A stretch of DNA of 64,000 bases, taken from positions 2,436 to 66,435 of the IMG/VR virus record IMGVR_UViG_3300020317_000002. One strand, 5' to 3'. The position numbers and the translations under genes were made by a program. Source of the DNA: a virus. Below, one piece after another: positions 58,340 to 64,000 of this stretch (position 1 is the first letter of the stretch; every line of letters begins with the position of its first letter). The notes below the pieces were generated by a model, which worked only from the letters and a program-made list of their open reading frames with translations, made no database searches and was not told where the DNA came from.

Positions 58340-58708
58340 ATGAAAACATTTTTTGAATACCTAAGTGAAGAGAATATAACTAAAGAGGAAATTACTCTAT
58401 TAGAAGAATCTCTACAGTCTGAATGGACTGACGAATTAGAACAAAAGGTTGATGCTGCATTAGAAGAATTTACTAAACAATATGCAAACGAAGACGGAAC
58501 GTTTGATTTTGATAGATTCAATGAGGAATTAACAAATGAAGGTTTCTTAGGTTCTATATTCGGTGGCCTTACAGGATTTGCTTTAGGTAAAACAATTGGT
58601 AAAACAGTTGCTAAAGTTCTAGGAATTCAAAGGGGTATTTTTTACGATTTATTAACCTCAAGATTAGTTGGTGCCGGATTGGGTGCTGCTATCGGAAAAT
58701 CATTCTAA
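58340..58708 (+). CDS. Putative internal virion protein: acidic pro-region plus glycine-zipper hydrophobic C-terminus
   Basis: MKTFFEYLSE resembles T4 IP MKTYxEFIxE; the C-terminal half starts GFLGSIFGG. Confidence 0.65.
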   Translation: MKTFFEYLSEENITKEEITLLEESLQSEWTDELEQKVDAALEEFTKQYANEDGTFDFDRFNEELTNEGFLGSIFGGLTGFALGKTIGKTVAKVLGIQRGIFYDLLTSRLVGAGLGAAIGKSF

Positions 58709-58709
58709 T

Positions 58710-59375
58710 TTGAATTACGTATCAGTAGACTTCTCATTAAACTCACCCGGTATTTGTATATACCAGGACGACACTAACGAATATCATTTCATATCTTATA
58801 TAAAGGAAGGACAGGGCACGAAGAAAGAGCGTGCATGGCAGGAAGATATATCACACCTCAAAGGAGTAACCTTATTGCATCAGCCAGATTGGCCTAAATC
58901 TTCAGAATATTCTAATGGAGAACTCTTAAAGATTAGAAGGTACATAGCAACTGCTGATACCCTAGTACAACTTATAATAGACATAACGCAAACTAAACAG
59001 GATTATATTATTTCTTTCGAAGGATCTTCTTATGGTTCTGCTATGGGAACTAATAATATTATAGACATGGCAGCAGGTGCGGCTATTCTTAAAGAAAGAA
59101 TGCTTTCAGACCTTGATGTACATGATATATTTACAATAGCTCCTACTTCTTTAAAGAAACATGCCGGTAAAGGTAACATGAATAAGTCTGCCCTATGGGA
59201 TGTCTTTTTAAATAATGTTTTAGAAGATAAAATTTTAACTAAACACCCTATACATAATTTTTGTGTTAACGAAATTGGCCCATCTAAAAAGATACCCAAA
59301 CCGTTTGACGACTTAGTCGACGCTTACTTTCTAACAGACTATGTAAGGACCCTTAAAGCTAACACTGTGGAATAG
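58710..59375 (+). CDS. RuvC-like Holliday junction resolvase/nuclease
   Basis: VSVDFSLNSPGICI, FEGSSYG, APTSLKKHAGKGNMNK, DDLVDAY. TTG start at 58710. Confidence 0.8.
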   Translation: MNYVSVDFSLNSPGICIYQDDTNEYHFISYIKEGQGTKKERAWQEDISHLKGVTLLHQPDWPKSSEYSNGELLKIRRYIATADTLVQLIIDITQTKQDYIISFEGSSYGSAMGTNNIIDMAAGAAILKERMLSDLDVHDIFTIAPTSLKKHAGKGNMNKSALWDVFLNNVLEDKILTKHPIHNFCVNEIGPSKKIPKPFDDLVDAYFLTDYVRTLKANTVE

Positions 59376-59403
59376 ATTTACCACTGAGGCTTAAAGACTT
59401 AAA

Positions 59404-59432
59404 TTATACTGCCTTTGGCCCATAAAGTTTCA
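59404..59432 (-). promoter_or_regulatory. Minus-strand GAAAC-N17-GTATAA promoter-like site, antisense to the RuvC-like gene
   Basis: Reverse complement reads tgaaac-tttatgggccaaaggca-gtataat. Confidence 0.4.
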
Positions 59433-59457
59433 TAATAATAAAAAAAGATAGAATACA

Positions 59458-59649
59458 ATGAAAAATAATACAATAGCATCAGGTAGATTACTATCCCTTA
59501 AGACTATTCTTACAGAGATGTTACACCAAGATAGAATAACAGAAACAGAAATGTTAGATATTTTAAGAAAGGCCGGCCTCGCTCGCCTTCCTGAATCCTC
59601 TTCCAAATGGATAGATGAAGAAGGTTCTACATATACTTCATTAGATTAA
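59458..59649 (+). CDS. Hypothetical protein
   Basis: 63-aa ORF with an A-rich leader. Confidence 0.55.
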   Translation: MKNNTIASGRLLSLKTILTEMLHQDRITETEMLDILRKAGLARLPESSSKWIDEEGSTYTSLD

Positions 59650-59675
59650 TATAGAAAGCCTGCCTGCCCGATACG

Positions 59676-59726
59676 GATATATAGAATAGTTATTATTGTG
59701 AAACCTTTTGGGAATTGCATGTATAA
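59676..59726 (+). promoter_or_regulatory. Tandem late (GATATATA, 59676) and class II (AAAC-N16-GTATAA, 59701) promoters for gp32
   Basis: Both motifs lie in the intergenic region upstream of the SSB gene. Confidence 0.6.
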
Positions 59727-59783
59727 CTATTGAAAGTTTTTTAAAGATTAAAGACATTAACGTAAATTAAAGCAATTAAAGAC

Positions 59784-60734
59784 ATGGCAGATTTTGACAT
59801 TTTTAACCTCAGCGTATCAGACGTTGAAACTCATGAAACAAAGAGCTCAAGCTCTACAAATGAGATCTACAAACCATCAGCAGACGATGGTAAAGACGGA
59901 ACCTATAAAGCACTTATTCGCTTTGTTCCAAACCCAGCAAACCCAAGAAATTCATTAGTTAAAAAGTATGTACACTGGCTAACTGATGCTAACGGCGACG
60001 GAAGACTTGTTGATTCACCTTCAACGGTGGGAGATAAGTGTCCAATTGCAGATGCATTCTTCAAACTTCGTAAGAGTGATTCAGCAGTAGACCGTAAGAT
60101 GAGCGACAAGCTTAAGCGAAGAGAACAGTATTACTCACTTATTAAAGTAGTGAAAGATCCTCAAAATCCTGAATTAGAAGGAACTTACAAGATTTTCAAA
60201 TTTGGTTACAAGATTAAAGAGAAGATTGAAGAAGAAACTAAACCTGCGTTCGGTGAACCAACTCAGATTTATGACTTATTCGAAGGAAAGAACTTTGAAC
60301 TTATTATTACTCGCCAAGGTGAATATAATAATTATGATAAGTCTAAATTCTCTGCAACTAGATCTGCAATCGCAGTAGCTGGAAAACCAGCTGAAAGAAA
60401 CCAAGAAGCTATGACAGCTATTAAAGGTGAATTAGACACAGCACCATCATTAGATCCTTATGGATATAAGAAATGGGATGCTGAAACTCTTGACTTTGTT
60501 AACGCAATCTTAAGACAGTACCTTAACCCTGGTTCTTCAATGGATTCTGTAATTTCTACTCCAAAACCAGCAGCTAAAAAGGCAGCTGTAAAAGAAGCGG
60601 CAACAGGAAATGATACTAACTTTGAATTCCCTGAAACAATGACAGCTACACCAAGTGCAGCTGAAACAAAATCTTCAACTGCACCAGCGGATAGCGATGA
60701 TCTAGATTCTTTCTTAGATGAAATCGGAATCTAA
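59784..60734 (+). CDS. Single-stranded DNA-binding protein, T4 gp32-like
   Basis: YKP..D....ALIRFVP, CPI, VVKDPQNPELEG...IFKFG.KI, D.FEGKNF.L, NYDKSKF; acidic tail DLDSFLDEI. Confidence 0.9.
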   Translation: MADFDIFNLSVSDVETHETKSSSSTNEIYKPSADDGKDGTYKALIRFVPNPANPRNSLVKKYVHWLTDANGDGRLVDSPSTVGDKCPIADAFFKLRKSDSAVDRKMSDKLKRREQYYSLIKVVKDPQNPELEGTYKIFKFGYKIKEKIEEETKPAFGEPTQIYDLFEGKNFELIITRQGEYNNYDKSKFSATRSAIAVAGKPAERNQEAMTAIKGELDTAPSLDPYGYKKWDAETLDFVNAILRQYLNPGSSMDSVISTPKPAAKKAAVKEAATGNDTNFEFPETMTATPSAAETKSSTAPADSDDLDSFLDEIGI

Positions 60735-61800
60735 AAAAATCACAGAAGATTTAAAGCAGAAGGTCAGAAGTTTAGTTAAACAAGTTTGTGTAAAAGAGCA
60801 CGCTGACCCTAATAAACACATGATTAAGGAAATGCCAGGTCGTTTAAACCTGGCATGCCCTTATTGTGGTGACTCCCATGGTGAAACTCATAAGAAAAGA
60901 GGTAATCTATACTGGGCAACGTTACAATTCCACTGCTTTAATTGTGGACAACACTCAGATTTATATGGATTTTTAAAAGATCATCACCTAAAATTCCAAG
61001 ATACTCAGGATTCTATTACAATTATAGAATATATCAAAGACCATAAGGTATCTGTTAATGAAGTGGAAACGCTTCAACATGGTGTATTTAAAACCCTATA
61101 TGATTTGTCTCCTACTAGAAAAGAACTTAAAGAAGCTTTTAAGTTAGTAGAAATAGAACCAGGTGATCCGGCTTTCTTTTATTTAAAGAATAGATTTCTA
61201 CATAAAAAACTAAGACACTTCTTATATTCTCCTAGAGATAAAAGAATTCTAGTTTTAAATTTAGCACCTGAAGATAAGATCATAGGGTTTCAAAGTAGAT
61301 CTTTAAGGAAAGATAAAAATACAAGATATTTGACCTATGATATAGAAAAGATATATCAAGAAATGAATAAAGAATTACCTCTCCAGGAAGAACAGATGAT
61401 ATCATGTAAGAAACTATCTACTTTGTTTGGTATTATGACTGCAAACTTTCAAATGCCATGTACGGTATTCGAAGGACCCTTAGATGCTTTATTTATGCCT
61501 AACTCTATAGCACTTGCATCTGTTACTCGATCAACCGAAGAGTTAGATGAAATTCCAACAATAAGATATATGTTTGATAACGACGAAGCAGGAAAATCAA
61601 AGATGATGCAAAAATTAAAAAGAGGTAAAGAAGTATTTACATGGGACAAATTTCTGTCTGAATCGAAGATGGATAAATATCCTAGCAAGATTAAAGATCT
61701 AAATGATCTAGTTATCGCTGCTTGGAAAACAAAAAATAAATGTTTATCTACGATGGATAAGTATTTTAGTAATTCACGACTAGATGCTTATTACATATGA
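60718..61800 (+). CDS. DNA primase, T4 gp61-like
   Basis: Zn ribbon CPYCGDS..KKRG..FHCFNC, GFQSRSL, and TOPRIM motifs FEGPLDALF and FDNDEAG, KDLND. Confidence 0.9.
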   Translation: MKSESKKITEDLKQKVRSLVKQVCVKEHADPNKHMIKEMPGRLNLACPYCGDSHGETHKKRGNLYWATLQFHCFNCGQHSDLYGFLKDHHLKFQDTQDSITIIEYIKDHKVSVNEVETLQHGVFKTLYDLSPTRKELKEAFKLVEIEPGDPAFFYLKNRFLHKKLRHFLYSPRDKRILVLNLAPEDKIIGFQSRSLRKDKNTRYLTYDIEKIYQEMNKELPLQEEQMISCKKLSTLFGIMTANFQMPCTVFEGPLDALFMPNSIALASVTRSTEELDEIPTIRYMFDNDEAGKSKMMQKLKRGKEVFTWDKFLSESKMDKYPSKIKDLNDLVIAAWKTKNKCLSTMDKYFSNSRLDAYYI

Positions 61801-62009
61801 TAGACGATTACATACAAATGGTAAATGACGAATTAGATCAATTCGAAGAAGATGGAAAAAGACACAAAAATCTAAAAATGATTATTGGGTTTAATGCAGC
61901 CGATTTATCACACAATGAAAAAGAAATTAAAATAACTCCTAAATACAAAAAGAAATTTAAGAGCCAAGTTTATATTAAGAAGAATACTAATAATAACTCA
62001 TTATTCTAA
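61797..62009 (+). CDS. Hypothetical protein
   Basis: 70 aa; ATGA overlap. Confidence 0.6.
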   Translation: MIDDYIQMVNDELDQFEEDGKRHKNLKMIIGFNAADLSHNEKEIKITPKYKKKFKSQVYIKKNTNNNSLF

Positions 62010-62019
62010 ATAACACCAC

Positions 62020-62454
62020 ATGACAGAACAATCAAATAAATCTAAGATTGTACAATTAGACGAATATTTAGCAAAGCAAAGATCAGAATGGACTTTAAAA
62101 ATTAAAGAACTTACTGAAAACTTAAAAGAAGGTGTTAACCTAGAAGAAGTCAGCGCATATACGCTAAGCTATAGACAGATATTAGTTGAAAATTTAGCAA
62201 CCATTGGTGGTAAGATTAGAACACAGAAAGGATCAGTAGACAAGTTATATAAACAGAAATGGATTGAATATTATAAGTTTGATTATAAGATAACAGATAA
62301 ACAAAGAGAACGTTTTATCGATGCAGATCTTTCAGACGATAAACAGATTTTGGATTTACTTGAAAGCCAAAAAGCCTTTATTGAAGGCTCAGTAAAAACT
62401 CTCGACAATATGGGCTTTGCAATAAAGAATCGCCTTGATATTTCGAGACTGTAA
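62020..62454 (+). CDS. uvsY: Recombination mediator UvsY-like
   Basis: Helical protein with EYY, FIDADL and K.LDNMGFAIKN.LD; adjacent to UvsW. Confidence 0.65.
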   Translation: MTEQSNKSKIVQLDEYLAKQRSEWTLKIKELTENLKEGVNLEEVSAYTLSYRQILVENLATIGGKIRTQKGSVDKLYKQKWIEYYKFDYKITDKQRERFIDADLSDDKQILDLLESQKAFIEGSVKTLDNMGFAIKNRLDISRL

Positions 62455-62471
62455 AAAAAGTTAAATGAAAA

Positions 62472-63980
62472 TTGATTTTAACTCTAACGGATGATAATCA
62501 ATTCTTACGAATTGATGAAGCAGAGGAACTTGAACTAGAGCAGATTAAAATATCTTTAACTAAAAGAATTGATAGTTGGAGATTTAATCCTTTAGTCAAG
62601 AAAGGAATATGGGACGGATATGTCTCATATATCAAGGACGATAAGTGGATTCCCGCTGGTCTTTGGAGATATGTTATGCTCACTTGTAAGGAATATAATT
62701 ATGATCTTAAACTTAATGGAATTCAAAGATTATTTGATAGAAACATAGGAGCCGAATCATTTGAAGCATGGGCTTTAGAATTTTTTGAGGGTAGTAAATT
62801 TGTTCCAAGAGATTATCAAATAGAAACAGCATTTAACATTTTAAAATTTAGAAGGTGCCTAGCTGAATTAGCAACGTCTGCTGGAAAAACACTTATTAGT
62901 TTTTTAACAGTGGCATATATGTTAGAAAAAGAAAAGGCTGAAAAGATATTATTTATAGTTCCTAACGTTTCTTTAGTTGTTCAGGCCCATGAAGATTTCC
63001 ACGAATACAATAATAAGAATAGAATAAAACTAAAGATACAGCAGATATATGCTGGTCAGAAAATAAAGTCAGATAGGAATGTAGTGATAGGTACGTATCA
63101 GTCCTTAGTTAAAAAGCCTAAAGAATACTTTCAACAATTCGATGCTGTTATCGTAGATGAAACCCATAAGGCGAAATCTAATTCTATCAAGACTATATTG
63201 CAAAAATGTACAAGTGCACAATATAAGTATGGGTTATCAGGTACGATTCCTAAAGACGGAACACTAGATAAATTAACACTAATGAGTCAAACTGGTCCTG
63301 TAATTAGTGAAGTTAAGGCTGCATTCTTACAAAGTCAAGGGCATATTGCTAAATGTAAAGTAAAGGTAATTGAAATGAATTACGCACCTGATTCGGCTAA
63401 AAAGGCATTCGAAGAATTAGCGTTTAATAAGTATGACAGAAAGGATGTTTTTCAACTAGAACAAAACTATATTATTAATTCCTTTGGTAGGCTTAATTTT
63501 ATATGTAATGTGATAGGAAAGGTTCCTAGGAACTCTTTAGTTCTGTTTCACAGGATAGAACATGGTAAAAAAATATACGAACAACTTCGTCAGAACTCAG
63601 ATAAAAGAGTTTTTTATGTAGATGGAGGAACAGATAAAGATATTAGAGAAGAATATAAGAAGAAAATGGAAGCAGGAGATGAAGTAGTTATCGTAGCAAG
63701 TTACGGTACATTCTCAACCGGTATTTCCATTAAGAAAATTCATAACATATTCTTCACGGAATCATTTAAGTCCGAGGTGATCATCAGGCAATCAATTGGT
63801 AGAGGTCTAAGGCAACATGAGTCTAAAGAAGCGGTATTAATTATCGATTTTGTAGATGACATTAGAACTGACGAATGGGACAATTACCTATACAAACACA
63901 GTAGGGCAAGGCAGAAAATTTACAAACAAGAGAAATTTGAGTATAGTATTAAGAAAGTCAAATTTGACGGAGATATATAG
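62472..63980 (+). CDS. uvsW: SF2 DNA helicase UvsW-like
   Basis: WDGY, PRDYQ, ATSAGKT, VDETH, GLSGT, ASYGTFSTGISIK.IHN, QSIGRGLR. Confidence 0.92.
   Translation: MILTLTDDNQFLRIDEAEELELEQIKISLTKRIDSWRFNPLVKKGIWDGYVSYIKDDKWIPAGLWRYVMLTCKEYNYDLKLNGIQRLFDRNIGAESFEAWALEFFEGSKFVPRDYQIETAFNILKFRRCLAELATSAGKTLISFLTVAYMLEKEKAEKILFIVPNVSLVVQAHEDFHEYNNKNRIKLKIQQIYAGQKIKSDRNVVIGTYQSLVKKPKEYFQQFDAVIVDETHKAKSNSIKTILQKCTSAQYKYGLSGTIPKDGTLDKLTLMSQTGPVISEVKAAFLQSQGHIAKCKVKVIEMNYAPDSAKKAFEELAFNKYDRKDVFQLEQNYIINSFGRLNFICNVIGKVPRNSLVLFHRIEHGKKIYEQLRQNSDKRVFYVDGGTDKDIREEYKKKMEAGDEVVIVASYGTFSTGISIKKIHNIFFTESFKSEVIIRQSIGRGLRQHESKEAVLIIDFVDDIRTDEWDNYLYKHSRARQKIYKQEKFEYSIKKVKFDGDI
63972..63979 (+). promoter_or_regulatory. 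Late promoter GATATATA for the next gene beyond the window
   Basis: Octamer overlapping the uvsW stop codon. Confidence 0.5.
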
Positions 63981-64000
63981 AATAACGAAACTAAATTAAA

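Noticed and set aside
501-62683. Many short minus-strand ORFs and nested plus-strand ORFs in the track (e.g. 23745-24194, 24828-25148, 36776-37150, 37447-37701, 59030-59299)
   Set aside because: They are shadows of well-supported plus-strand genes, with no motifs or promoter support.
1-64000. Stop-codon reassignment as in Lak or some crAss-like phages
   Set aside because: Long genes are intact in code 11, and TAG and TGA both end genes at sensible positions (e.g. uvsE TAG at 13939, primase TGA at 61800).
1-64000. tRNA, rRNA or tmRNA genes
   Set aside because: Intergenic gaps are short and AT-rich, and I saw no cloverleaf or T-loop signature; a tRNAscan/Infernal run would confirm.
1-64000. 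Bacterial chromosome origin suggested by dnaJ, rpsU, rpsA, rnhB and phoH
   Set aside because: These genes are interspersed with T4-like baseplate, neck, gp32, gp61 and UvsW genes and share phage promoter motifs.

Overview
This 64-kb window (low GC, AT-rich) comes from a large T4-like contractile-tailed jumbo phage. It uses the standard genetic code and almost all genes lie on the + strand. The host is probably a Bacteroidota/Flavobacteriia bacterium: the bS21 is Flavobacterium-type, leaders are A-rich without Shine-Dalgarno sequences, and the early promoter resembles TAnnTTTG. Positions 1-19.8 kb are an accessory region: a 2OG-Fe(II) oxygenase, three GT2 glycosyltransferases, a RimK-like ATP-grasp ligase, a PolB-type exonuclease, DnaJ, bS21, PhoH, RNase HII, a C26 amidotransferase, UvsE, dCMP deaminase and many small ORFs. 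Positions 19.9-58.7 kb hold the baseplate, neck and tail-fibre module, with ribosomal protein bS1 and an amidoligase embedded in it. Positions 58.7-64 kb encode RuvC-like, gp32 SSB, gp61 primase, UvsY and UvsW. Main observations: (1) three promoter classes are readable in the sequence, and the late motif sits exactly 4 nt before many ATGs, suggesting leaderless mRNAs; (2) a translation-takeover set of bS21, bS1, an unannotated ArfA-like 45-aa ORF and a RimK-like ligase; (3) seven proteins with a T4-IP-like capsid-targeting N-terminus, including an enzyme and an apparent pro-peptide of a membrane-active peptide; (4) three UvrB/C-motif paralogues around DnaJ; (5) a tail fibre ending in an autoprocessing Hint domain; (6) a 16-proline linker in the baseplate hub. 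Functional calls come from recognising motifs by eye; no database searches were run.
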